22,040 nucleotides of DNA. Source: a virus. The notes below the pieces were generated by a model that worked only from the letters and a program-made list of their open reading frames with translations, was not told the origin of the DNA and searched no databases. A program made the position numbers and the translations under genes. Positions 7,476 to 15,333 of the stretch are shown here, in pieces. The DNA is taken from UHGV virus genome UHGV-0332375; one strand, 5' to 3'. Every line of letters starts with the position of its first letter. Position 1 is the first letter of the stretch.

Positions 7476-7808
7476 TAGTTCAATGCATGTTAAGACTTAG
7501 CCTTCCCCGTAACCGATAGCGAAGTTTTTCATATAAGCCTCTCCTTTTGTACCTACTGTGTGGGTTAGAACTTCAGTTTGTTGTGAAATCTCTTGTTGAC
7601 TGAATAGTATCAAGAGCTGTGTGCGCTTGACAATAGGTTAGTACAGATTCAGAAAAACTTAAAACAAGAGCTAATTTCTTCAAAAAATGTATATTTATCA
7701 ATATATTATTTTGAGATAAAATTTCCATATCAAAGTAATAGTTCTTTTTAGGTATGTTGACAGGGCTAATTTTTAGACTATTAACATGGCATTTATATAT
7801 CATGAGCT

Positions 7809-8993
7809 TTATCCTGTACGGATTTCTCCATGCGGTACCACTACCCAGTTTGTATGATTTTTAGTGTATATTTTAGTCGATTTTGCATCGCTATGTGCCA
7901 TTCTTCCTTGTGGATCAATACCTTGTTTATCAAATAAGTGAGCAGCCAAAGCCCTTATCTCATGAAATGTAGGCCTTTCTTCCATTGCTAAGTGATTGCA
8001 CAGTCCGAGTTTGTCACGTACAGCAGAGAATGAGCGGCTTATGTAGTCCGGGGCCACTTGAGTAGGGTGCGAAACCTCTTTGCTACGTTTTACATTCCGC
8101 TTTGGAATTCTGTGGACAACGTAAGGACTGGCTACATTATCCCGACTGTTATCAATGATGCGTTTTAGTTCATCACCGATAGGGATTGCAACATGTGACG
8201 CCTCCTTTTTCTGTACCTTTTGCCGATGAATATATAGCATTCCGTATATTCCATTTTGTTGTTGCTCGAACCAGATACATCCACATATGCCGTCTTTAGG
8301 TTCGCGAATTGAGTAACGGATCCGCGATACTTCTAACCGTGCATGTGTCGTTTGTAAGGCTAAGTCCATTGCAGTTCTTAACCATGGTGCCGCGGCGCGG
8401 CGTATAGCCATGAAATGCTCGAATGATAGGCGTTGTCTTTTCTTCTCATCAGTCCTACGTTTTTTTTTCCTCGTTGCGGGGTTATCAAGCATTAGTGATT
8501 CGTCGACCGCATATGAGAACAACTTTTTAAGGAAGCCAACTTTTCTGTTCTGCACATTTGCGGATGAATTGTCATGATATTTGTTGATATAGGCGTTAAC
8601 GTGTTCAAGTTCGATATCGCATGCCGGAATATTTAAGAAAAAATCTTTTACGCGTAGAGCGTCATTTTTCCAGTCATCTAAGGTGCTCTGGGAAGGACGT
8701 TCGTCTTCGACAATTCGGGCCATTATGTGATCAACATGTTCAGCAAATGGTTTTGCTTCTCCGGTAACCCCGCCAGATTCTCTAATAAGATTATCCACTG
8801 ATGGGTATAATTCTGGTCGCATCCTCAGGTTGTACTCTCTGGCGATTGCAACGGCTATTGTCCGATCCTTACCTATATTTTTCTTTTTTCCGGTAATAAG
8901 TGTGAATTTATAAACACCTCGATCTTTATCAAAAACCAGATAATCAGGAAGATGTCTGTATTCTTTTTTACGTGGCCTTGCCGCCATGGTCAT
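7809..8993 (-). CDS. int: Tyrosine recombinase (phage integrase, lambda Int family)
   Basis: 394 aa; C-terminal catalytic region with PTFHEIRALAAHLF … GRMAHSDAKSTKIYTKNH; N-terminal basic arm-binding-like region; overlaps the xis stop. Confidence 0.9.
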   Translation of the reverse strand: MTMAARPRKKEYRHLPDYLVFDKDRGVYKFTLITGKKKNIGKDRTIAVAIAREYNLRMRPELYPSVDNLIRESGGVTGEAKPFAEHVDHIMARIVEDERPSQSTLDDWKNDALRVKDFFLNIPACDIELEHVNAYINKYHDNSSANVQNRKVGFLKKLFSYAVDESLMLDNPATRKKKRRTDEKKRQRLSFEHFMAIRRAAAPWLRTAMDLALQTTHARLEVSRIRYSIREPKDGICGCIWFEQQQNGIYGMLYIHRQKVQKKEASHVAIPIGDELKRIIDNSRDNVASPYVVHRIPKRNVKRSKEVSHPTQVAPDYISRSFSAVRDKLGLCNHLAMEERPTFHEIRALAAHLFDKQGIDPQGRMAHSDAKSTKIYTKNHTNWVVVPHGEIRTG

Positions 8994-9199
8994 CCCTCAT
9001 TTATTAACTTGCGAACAGCTTGACTAACCATTGAGTCGACTCCCCATTTTTCTGTTTCGCAGACAAAAACAGAACCGTCCACGATACGCCCCATGAGCAG
9101 ACCGTTCTCGACCCAGCGTTTTATCGTTCGGTTGTCAGGAATTGAGCCATCAGAGAATTCACGGCGTCCCCATTGGCTCGCTTTCATTAGTTTTGCCAT
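8990..9199 (-). CDS. xis: Excisionase (lambda Xis-like)
   Basis: MKASQWGRREFSDGSIPDNRTIKRWVENGLL resembles lambda Xis (LTLQEWNARQRRPRSLETVRRWVRE…); start chosen at the ATG at 9199 with GGAGA SD (track ORF 8990-9244 has an upstream extension). Confidence 0.7.
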   Translation of the reverse strand: MAKLMKASQWGRREFSDGSIPDNRTIKRWVENGLLMGRIVDGSVFVCETEKWGVDSMVSQAVRKLINEG

Positions 9200-9260
9200 G
9201 GCTGTTTCTCCACTTAACCCGCTGCACACGGGCAGTAATATCAAATTTCAGTCCTGATAA

Positions 9261-9476
9261 TTAATTTTGTTCTCTGGTTGCTACCTGTTTAATTGGCCTG
9301 ATGCTGTCCAGGAGCAGTCGGCGGCGCGTATTTTCTGCAAAGTGGCGGCGTCCGGTTTCTTTGTGGTAAAACTCGTTTTTTCCGACGACCCACATCCGCT
9401 TTGTCAGGTGCAGTTTTTTTACCTGCGGACCGTTTCGGGTAATAACAATTCCTGTATGAGTTTTTATCACGCTCAT
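9261..9476 (-). CDS. Hypothetical small prophage protein (position of yfdT-like gene)
   Basis: 71-aa ORF in operon-like tight spacing with neighbours; no motif recognised. Confidence 0.45.
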   Translation of the reverse strand: MSVIKTHTGIVITRNGPQVKKLHLTKRMWVVGKNEFYHKETGRRHFAENTRRRLLLDSIRPIKQVATREQN

Positions 9477-9835
9477 TTCTTAGTCTCCGGTGCTTTCGGC
9501 ATTACTGCCCAGTGAGTGATATTGACGTTTTCAAGGTCCCCGACCTGAAATGTCCACTGCCATTCTCCAGTTTCTTTTTGCCCCCATGTGTACCAGAGAG
9601 AACGCCAGCCAATCAGCCAGCCTTCTCCATTAGCATCAAATAACAGAACACTTTCATTTGCTGGCGGTAGTTCAGCTGACACTGGTATTACTTTGTTTTC
9701 CAGTGCTGCACATTTAGCTTCAAGCGTATCGAATTTACGTACCAGGTATTCAGCATCCGTTTCATTCACTTTCAGATCTCGCGGTACACATTTCCCGCGA
9801 AGAAACCCTTCCATTTCGAAAAGATTCATGCGCAT
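9473..9835 (-). CDS. Hypothetical prophage protein (YfdS-like by size and position)
   Basis: 120-aa ORF overlapping neighbours by 4 and 10 bp; C-terminal ITHWAVMP motif. Confidence 0.55.
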   Translation of the reverse strand: MRMNLFEMEGFLRGKCVPRDLKVNETDAEYLVRKFDTLEAKCAALENKVIPVSAELPPANESVLLFDANGEGWLIGWRSLWYTWGQKETGEWQWTFQVGDLENVNITHWAVMPKAPETKK

Positions 9836-10362
9836 TTGCGTAACTCCGATAACTCGTTGAAGCGTTCTATAAACATCCCATAGGCATGGCCTGGCGACAG
9901 TGGAATAACTTTGAACATCTCTGTTGCCGGGATACCTTCCAGTACAGGCCAGAAAGAGCCATCATCAAGCCCGAGATCGCGGCGTTCGGTTGCCAGCATG
10001 ATGAGATCGGCATATTTCACAGGCGTGCTCATAACCGTGGGTAACCCGTATTTCTCACGGATTACGGCGTCTATTTTTTCTTCCATCCGTTTATAGTCAG
10101 GAAGAAGGCGTTTCAGCGGCGCGGGGATGTCCTGGCAATACGCTTCTGTTGCATCATGCATTAACGCTTCAAAAGCAAATTCCTGCGGCACCAGCTGGCT
10201 GCAAAGCACCGCATGTTGGGCGACACTGTAGAAGTGTGAAAGATGACCGGCAAAGCGACAGATATTTGAAAGGGAAACCGCGATATCGTTAATCACGATG
10301 TCGTCTTTATTTATCCTGTCATAATAAAAATGCTTCCCGGAAAAAGTTTTAATAAATGACAT
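9826..10362 (-). CDS. HD-domain phosphohydrolase (YfdR-like 5'-deoxynucleotidase)
   Basis: His…HD motif (SVAQHAVLCSQL … ALMHDATEAY); start set to the ATG at 10362 with GGAGAA SD, giving 178 aa, the size I recall for E. coli CPS-53 YfdR. Confidence 0.7.
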   Translation of the reverse strand: MSFIKTFSGKHFYYDRINKDDIVINDIAVSLSNICRFAGHLSHFYSVAQHAVLCSQLVPQEFAFEALMHDATEAYCQDIPAPLKRLLPDYKRMEEKIDAVIREKYGLPTVMSTPVKYADLIMLATERRDLGLDDGSFWPVLEGIPATEMFKVIPLSPGHAYGMFIERFNELSELRKCA

Positions 10363-10489
10363 TTTGTTCTCCGCGTATATGTGCTGCACCACGCTGAATT
10401 CTGGTAAAAGGAAGCCCTCACCATCCGGCGATTATTGAGTCAATTACGTTTCCATAAATGCCCCCGCAGGGGCATTTGCAGTAATGAAA

Positions 10490-11314
10490 TCAGGCGGTGA
10501 AAGTACCAATAAAGGTTTCTACTTTGCTGTCTTTGAATTTCTCAACAAGCAGATCACGAAATTCGTTAGCCATTTCTTCCTGCACCGCCTCCAGCTGAAT
10601 AATGCGCAGAACCAGTACAGGACGATCGCCAGTGATAATGCTGAGGCGTAATTTAAATGGACGTTCTTTCAGACCTTCAAACGGAACGCATTTAAATTCA
10701 AATGCCACTGGCATAATATCTTTGGTTTTCGCTTCGACAGACTCCATCAGGGAGCGTTTGCCGCTGAAGTCATTATCTTCAAAATCAGCGGTCTGGTTTG
10801 CTTCAATCGTGATTTTACGGACAGCCGCAGCCGCTTTTGTTGCCTGAATAGCGTCACCATTAGCATCAAAGCCCACAAGGTAGTCGGCCCAGTCTTCAAT
10901 CCATTCTGCCAGTGACTTCTGGGAATGACGCTCGCCATTAACAGACAACAGAGCAGAGAACGGTGCTGTCTTTTTCAGTTTGAGAGTGGCGGTGTTATCT
11001 GCGTGACCTGGTTCATCAATAGTACCCAGGTTAAGCACACTGACGGCTCGCATATTATCGGCATCGATAAAGCAGCGGGTGCCTTCATCTGCAAGATCTT
11101 TAGAATAACGGGTAAAGTCATCGATGCTGGCAGTGGAAAGCGCACCACGGAAACGGAAGCGATTTAAATTAAATTTTTCCAGATCATGAATGCGGAAATT
11201 CTCAGGCAATGCCACAGCATCGGCACCAATCTTACTGATAATTTCATTAACACCCTGAGCAGAAATAAGAGCATGGATTTGATTAATTGCGGTTGCGTCT
11301 AAGTTCTGAGACAT
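10490..11314 (-). CDS. Hypothetical prophage protein, YfdQ-like (DUF2303-type)
   Basis: 274-aa ORF, uniform coding composition; size and position upstream of the HD protein match the yfdQ-yfdR arrangement of CPS-53 as I recall it. Confidence 0.6.
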   Translation of the reverse strand: MSQNLDATAINQIHALISAQGVNEIISKIGADAVALPENFRIHDLEKFNLNRFRFRGALSTASIDDFTRYSKDLADEGTRCFIDADNMRAVSVLNLGTIDEPGHADNTATLKLKKTAPFSALLSVNGERHSQKSLAEWIEDWADYLVGFDANGDAIQATKAAAAVRKITIEANQTADFEDNDFSGKRSLMESVEAKTKDIMPVAFEFKCVPFEGLKERPFKLRLSIITGDRPVLVLRIIQLEAVQEEMANEFRDLLVEKFKDSKVETFIGTFTA

Positions 11315-11379
11315 AATAAGTCCTCACTATATAAAGATATTCAGTGATGAGATAAATAATCAGTTAATTAAGAACGATA

Positions 11380-11742
11380 TTAATGACCTGCTGCGCGAAG
11401 TTTTCCGTCAGGTTCACCGGCAAGAGTCAGTAATTGTCCCTGGTCTTCCTGCAGAATAGTCAGGCGACCACCGCGATTGACATACATCGGCGTTTCGGTG
11501 GTGTCTTCTTCAGAAATTTTCCCGCGGTTAGTCGGGCGAACATATGAGAGTTTGTGTTTGATTTTCACACGGTTCTCATCAAACGGTTCGATTTCCAGGT
11601 TGAGCGAGACCTTACCTTTGGTTTTCGTGTTCATCACACCGGAAGCGACTTCACTGAGAACAGCGCCGATTTTGGTTTCAAATACGCCGCCGTCCAGCTC
11701 CCCGATAAATGCCTGCACATCAGTACTGCGTTCGCTAGCCAT
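11380..11742 (-). CDS. Hypothetical prophage protein (YfdP-like by size and position)
   Basis: Track ORF 11380-11973 has a 77-codon N-terminal extension running through two strong hairpins; the ATG at 11742 has an AGGAG SD 7 nt upstream, giving 120 aa (MASERSTDVQAF…). Confidence 0.55.
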   Translation of the reverse strand: MASERSTDVQAFIGELDGGVFETKIGAVLSEVASGVMNTKTKGKVSLNLEIEPFDENRVKIKHKLSYVRPTNRGKISEEDTTETPMYVNRGGRLTILQEDQGQLLTLAGEPDGKLRAAGH

Positions 11743-11790
11743 TTTGCTGCTCCTCATCATATCGACCCTGCAAGGTCGGTTGGTTTCTCC

Positions 11791-11925
11791 ACAAAACAGA
11801 GAAGAACACCTGCGGTGACTGCCGCCCGGATGGATTGGGTTATGAGCCCGTCGTCCGGTGATGCTCTTCTCTGTTTTGTAAAAAGAGCGGTACCAGCCGG
11901 AAGCAAGGGTACAAACTGGTACCGC
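11791..11925 (-). promoter_or_regulatory. Structured leader RNA: two perfect inverted repeats upstream of the early-left operon
   Basis: IR1 ACAAAACAGAGAAGA (11791-11805) / TCTTCTCTGTTTTGT (11865-11879), 15-bp perfect stem plus CACC/GGTG extension around a GC-rich 46-nt loop; IR2 GCGGTACCAG (11887-11896) / CTGGTACCGC (11916-11925). Confidence 0.4.
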
Positions 11926-12329
11926 CAAAGCAGTGGCTGTTGTGGTGGGGTTGTCACTCAGGCGTATGGTCAACCTGACAATCCGGTGTCCTCAACGGGG
12001 AAAGAGTAACCCCGCCATACTTACCGCCGCGCCATTTCGCGGATTACCACAACGCTGAGAGCACTTAGCCAGTTACGGCACCACACTTTGTCGCGGCTCC
12101 ATAAATGCCCTCATCGTTGCACCCTGGTCTCTTCCCAGGCGTCAAACCGAATCGCCACGCTGGTTAGGCGTCTTATCAGCATCATCATTGACTTGCACAT
12201 TCCGGCTACCTGGTTTGTTTGCCCGAGCAAGGAGTGGATTGTCCCCTTTAACGTCCCCAGACCGCTAACGACGCATGTGCCATACGCCGTGTTACAACCA
12301 AATTTTGTTAGTACCTTGTTTGTTTGTCT

Positions 12330-12395
12330 GGAAAGAAAGATAAAATGAAGTTGCGCATTATGCAAGTGTTTTTGTTGCGAGATATGCAATTTAAA
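12330..12395 (-). promoter_or_regulatory. Leftward early promoter/operator region (pL/OL-like)
   Basis: Two 15-bp sites TTGCGCATTATGCAA (12351-12365) and TTGCGAGATATGCAA (12375-12389), form TTGC-N7-GCAA, same family as a site in the cI-cro intergenic region; minus-strand -35 TTGCAT and -10 TATCTT candidates. Confidence 0.45.
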
Positions 12396-12397
12396 GG

Positions 12398-12424
12398 GTA
12401 ATGAAAAGCCACCTTTGGGTGGCT
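12398..12424 (-). terminator. Putative terminator downstream of the repressor gene
   Basis: Stem AGCCACC / GGTGGCT with TTTG loop (12407-12424), followed on the minus strand by TTTCATTAC. Confidence 0.45.
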
Positions 12425-12444
12425 AATTGATGAGGAGGTAAGGG

Positions 12445-13137
12445 TTAATTGTGTCGCTTAAGGGTTTGTGACTGGCTGATTAAGACCTTTCCAAAGACCA
12501 TAAACCGGTGTTCATTTTCGCTGGTAATTCCCCATTCACGGTAAATCTGGTTATCAGAAATCACCAGTAGTTTGTCAGGTATCATTTGCAGTCGTTTGAC
12601 ATAAATTTTATCATCAAAACCAAATACATAGATACCATCTCCATCAAACTGATTGATACTGACATCAACGAAGATGAGATCTCCTGGCTCAATGGTTGGA
12701 CACATACTGTCCCCACGAACGTTGATAACTTTAATGTGATTGGCTGGCCGTCCGCCAAACATCGATACAGCATTATCAGTTCTGTATTCAATGGCATGAA
12801 TCACATCAATGACATCACCGCCCTGGATAAGGCCATTTCCCGCACTGGCACTGACATCCAGCATTTCAATACGGAATACATCCTTCACCTGCGCAACATC
12901 CTCACTAATACTGTTTTTACATACAGTATTACTTTTGACGTCTGAGGTAAAGAGATCAGCAATATCAACACCTAAGCTCCTGGCAATATTACTCAGGGCT
13001 TGTTCAGTGAATTGTTTCTGCTTACCTGTTTCCAGGCGTGAGATATTCGCCGCATCCACTCCTATTGCTTCAGCGAGATCGGCGATTTTCATGTTCTTCG
13101 CCTGGCGAAGTTGTCTGACTCGGTTTCCTATGTTCAT
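12445..13137 (-). CDS. cI: Phage CI-type repressor (N-terminal HTH, C-terminal S24 LexA-like peptidase)
   Basis: 230 aa; HTH IADLAEAIGVDAANISRLETGKQ; autocleavage domain with VRGDSMCPTIEPGDLIFVD; divergent from a cro-like gene. Confidence 0.9.
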   Translation of the reverse strand: MNIGNRVRQLRQAKNMKIADLAEAIGVDAANISRLETGKQKQFTEQALSNIARSLGVDIADLFTSDVKSNTVCKNSISEDVAQVKDVFRIEMLDVSASAGNGLIQGGDVIDVIHAIEYRTDNAVSMFGGRPANHIKVINVRGDSMCPTIEPGDLIFVDVSINQFDGDGIYVFGFDDKIYVKRLQMIPDKLLVISDNQIYREWGITSENEHRFMVFGKVLISQSQTLKRHN

Positions 13138-13234
13138 GCGTTTATTACATTTCTTTATTGCGCGTTAAGCAAATCAACTTGCGCAAAATATTTGCGTGAA
13201 ATAATATGCTCATCACGCAATATGTGGAGGTCAT
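13138..13234. promoter_or_regulatory. Right operator/promoter region (OR, pRM/pR-like) between cI and cro
   Basis: TTGCGCGTTAAGCAA (13158-13172) matches the OL-type site; palindrome TTGCGCAA (13179-13186); inverted repeat ATATTTGCGTG / CACGCAATAT (13188-13229); candidate pR -35 TTGCGC and -10 ATAATA; GGAGG SD before cro. Confidence 0.55.
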
Positions 13235-13495
13235 ATGCAATCACCATTACGGAATGTGCGTAAGGCGCACGGATTTACTTTGCAGCATGTTGCTGCTGGC
13301 GTTCAGGTCAATCCAGCGACGCTGAGTCGTATTGAAAGACTGGAACAAATTCCATCTATCGATCTTGCAGAACGTCTGGCCAATTTTTTTAAGGGTGAAA
13401 TCAGCGAAATGCAGATTCTTTATCCGGCACGTTTTCAATCTAGCCAAAACCAGAATGGGTTTAAACCACAGGAACAGGAGGTAAGCCGTGGGTAA
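13235..13495 (+). CDS. cro: Cro-like HTH regulator
   Basis: 86 aa, divergent from cI; HTH LQHVAAGVQVNPATLSRIERLEQ. Confidence 0.7.
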   Translation: MQSPLRNVRKAHGFTLQHVAAGVQVNPATLSRIERLEQIPSIDLAERLANFFKGEISEMQILYPARFQSSQNQNGFKPQEQEVSRG

Positions 13496-14045
13496 TCATC
13501 ACTGGAAAGTGGAAAAACAGCCTGAGTGGTACGTGAAAGCTGTCAGAAAAACTATCGCGGCGTTGCCGGGGGGTTACGCTGAAGCTGCTGAGTGGCTGGA
13601 TGTAACAGAGAACGCATTATTTAACCGCCTTCGTGCCGATGGCGATCAGATTTTCCCGCTGGGATGGGCAATGATTTTACAACGTGCTGGTGGCACTCAC
13701 TTCATTGCCGACGCTGTGGCGCAGTCTGCAAATGGCGTCTTTGTGTCTCTTCCTGACGTCGAGGATGTGGACAATGCCGATATTAACCAGCGTTTACTGG
13801 AAGTCATTGAACAGATCGGCAGTTATTCAAAACAGATTCGTTCGGCAATCGAAGACGGTGTAGTGGAACCGCATGAGAAGACAGCAATTAACGACGAGCT
13901 GTACCTCTCAATTTCGAAGCTGCAGGAGCATGCAGCACTTGTCTACAAAATTTTTTGCGTTTCAGAAAGTAATGACGCCCGCGAGTGTGCAGCTCCGGGC
14001 GTCGTGGCGTCGATTGCTTCTGGTTGTGGAGAAACTAACGCATGA
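13488..14045 (+). CDS. cII: Phage regulatory protein CII (CP76 / phage 186 CII family)
   Basis: 185 aa; …[38 protein letters not shown]… resembles phage 186 CII as recalled (…LRNKLNPEQPHQFTPPELWLLTDLTEDSTLVDGFLAQ…); overlaps the cro stop. Confidence 0.6.
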   Translation: MGNHHWKVEKQPEWYVKAVRKTIAALPGGYAEAAEWLDVTENALFNRLRADGDQIFPLGWAMILQRAGGTHFIADAVAQSANGVFVSLPDVEDVDNADINQRLLEVIEQIGSYSKQIRSAIEDGVVEPHEKTAINDELYLSISKLQEHAALVYKIFCVSESNDARECAAPGVVASIASGCGETNA

Positions 14046-14380
14046 ACAGTTTAACAACACACTACCGTCGCTCGCAACTGATTGCGCTTCCTGTACCGGG
14101 TGGAAAAGCGAAGGTGGAGTATTGCTATGCAGTAAATGTACCAGGTGACAGGGAAATTGTAACCCACAGCTTTGCTGAGTGGGCTGTGGGGGATTTCAAC
14201 CGGCAGAAGGAGACAGTCCTTTGCGACAAGTTAACCGCTGGTTCAAAGATCACTACGGAGTGCCCGTCAGAGTCATTCGTTGGGAGCCGGAAACACAACG
14301 GGTTATCTACCTCCGTGAAGGCTATGAGCATGAGTGCTTCAGCCCGCTCGAACAGTTTCGTCGTAAATTCAGGGAAATAG
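14042..14380 (+). CDS. Hypothetical ORF (low confidence; 3' half conflicts with the overlapping small ORF)
   Basis: 112-aa ORF whose ATG overlaps the cII stop (ATGA), but residues after ~14220 overlap a better-supported ORF in another frame. Confidence 0.25.
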   Translation: MNSLTTHYRRSQLIALPVPGGKAKVEYCYAVNVPGDREIVTHSFAEWAVGDFNRQKETVLCDKLTAGSKITTECPSESFVGSRKHNGLSTSVKAMSMSASARSNSFVVNSGK

Positions 14381-14400
14381 AGGTCGGTCATGAGCACTAA
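14221..14400 (+). CDS. Small hypothetical protein, translationally coupled to the replication gene
   Basis: Track ORF 14179-14400 (GTG start); I favour the TTG at 14221 preceded 8 nt upstream by AAGGAG (59 aa); stop TAA overlaps the ATG of the replication initiator. Confidence 0.45.
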   Translation: MRQVNRWFKDHYGVPVRVIRWEPETQRVIYLREGYEHECFSPLEQFRRKFREIEVGHEH

Positions 14401-15331
14401 ATTAACCGGCTATGTATGGGATGGTTGCGCAGCGTCAGGCATGAAATTATCCAGCGTGGCAATTATGGCCCGCCTGGCTGATTTCAGTAATGACGAAGGT
14501 GTGTGCTGGCCATCAATTGAAACTATTGCCCGTCAGATTGGCGCGGGGATGAGTACCGTCAGAACGGCTATCGCACGGCTGGAAGCAGAAGGCTGGTTAA
14601 CGCGTAAGGCGCGTCGCCAGGGTAACCGCAATGCGTCGAATGTTTATCAGCTTAACGTTGCGAAGCTTCAGGCAGCGGCATTTTCTCAACTGTCAGATTC
14701 TGACCCGTCAAAATCTGACGCATCAAAATCTGACACGTCAAAATTTGATGCGTCGAAATCTGGCAAAAAAGCGGGTTTTCACCCGTCAGAATCTGGCGGG
14801 GATCCGTCAGTAAAATCAAAACATGATCCGTCAGATAAAAAACCTTCTCGTCCGGACGCTTCGCAACCGGACACGCAGACGGCTGAACAGGATTTTTTAA
14901 CTCGCCATCCTGATGCGGTTGTATTCAGCCCTAAAAAGCGCCAGTGGGGAACGCAGGATGATTTGACCTGCGCACAGTGGCTCTGGAAAAAAATCATTGC
15001 CCTGTACGAGCAGGCCGCCGAATGTGACGGCGAGGTGGTTCGTCCCAAAGAACCGAACTGGACAGCATGGGCAAACGAAATTCGCCTGATGTGTGTGCAG
15101 GATGGTCGTACTCACAAACAAATCTGCGAGATGTACAGCCGCGTCAGCCGCGATCCGTTCTGGTGCCGTAACGTGCTCAGCCCGTCGAAGTTGCGGGAAA
15201 AATGGGATGAGCTTTCCCTGCGCTTATCGCCGTCCGTCAGCACGCACACAGAAAAACGTGAAGACCCGTACTTCAAAGCCAGTTACGACAACGTGGACTA
15301 CAGCCAGATCCCGGCAGGATTCAGGGGGTGA
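14390..15331 (+). CDS. Replication initiator protein (lambda O-like replisome organiser) with iterons inside the coding region
   Basis: 313 aa; N-terminal winged-helix-like segment (IETIARQIGAGMSTVRTAIARLEAEGWL); central low-complexity SDSDPSKSDASKSDTSKFDASKSGKK encoded by tandem DNA iterons, as in lambda O. Confidence 0.8.
   Translation: MSTKLTGYVWDGCAASGMKLSSVAIMARLADFSNDEGVCWPSIETIARQIGAGMSTVRTAIARLEAEGWLTRKARRQGNRNASNVYQLNVAKLQAAAFSQLSDSDPSKSDASKSDTSKFDASKSGKKAGFHPSESGGDPSVKSKHDPSDKKPSRPDASQPDTQTAEQDFLTRHPDAVVFSPKKRQWGTQDDLTCAQWLWKKIIALYEQAAECDGEVVRPKEPNWTAWANEIRLMCVQDGRTHKQICEMYSRVSRDPFWCRNVLSPSKLREKWDELSLRLSPSVSTHTEKREDPYFKASYDNVDYSQIPAGFRG
14690..14835. repeat. Phage replication origin: tandem ~15-bp iterons (CGTCAAAATCTGAC family) plus A-rich tract
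   Basis: Copies CCGTCAAAATCTGAC (14705-14719), GCATCAAAATCTGAC (14720-14734), ACGTCAAAATTTGAT (14735-14749), GCGTCGAAATCTGGC (14750-14764), degenerate copies CTGTCAGATTCTGAC upstream and CCGTCAGAATCTGGC, CCGTCAGTAAAATCA, CCGTCAGATAAAAAA downstream; adjacent GGCAAAAAAGCGGG. Confidence 0.7.
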
Positions 15332-15333
15332 TC

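Noticed and set aside
7573-7803. 76-aa ORF in the gap downstream of int
   Set aside because: Very AT-rich region expected to contain the att site and int-distal regulatory sequence; no SD; low-complexity translation.
11380-11973. 197-aa version of the first early-left gene
   Set aside because: The 77-codon N-terminal extension runs through two strong hairpins and is Cys/Arg-rich; an internal ATG with AGGAG SD gives a 120-aa product.
12088-12389. ORFs 12088-12348 (+) and 12111-12389 (-) as a possible N-like antiterminator
   Set aside because: The minus ORF starts inside the operator sites and is not basic or Arg-rich like N; the plus ORF is antisense to the leader; treated as non-coding regulatory DNA.
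12582-13447. ORFs antisense to or overlapping cI and cro (12582-12797, 12586-12945, 12809-13168, 13247-13447)
   Set aside because: Overlap strongly supported repressor and cro genes.
14690-14835. Tandem repeats considered as a CRISPR array or as a repeat-protein feature
   Set aside because: Repeats are ~15 bp, directly abutting with no spacers, and lie inside the replication initiator gene; classic phage origin iterons.
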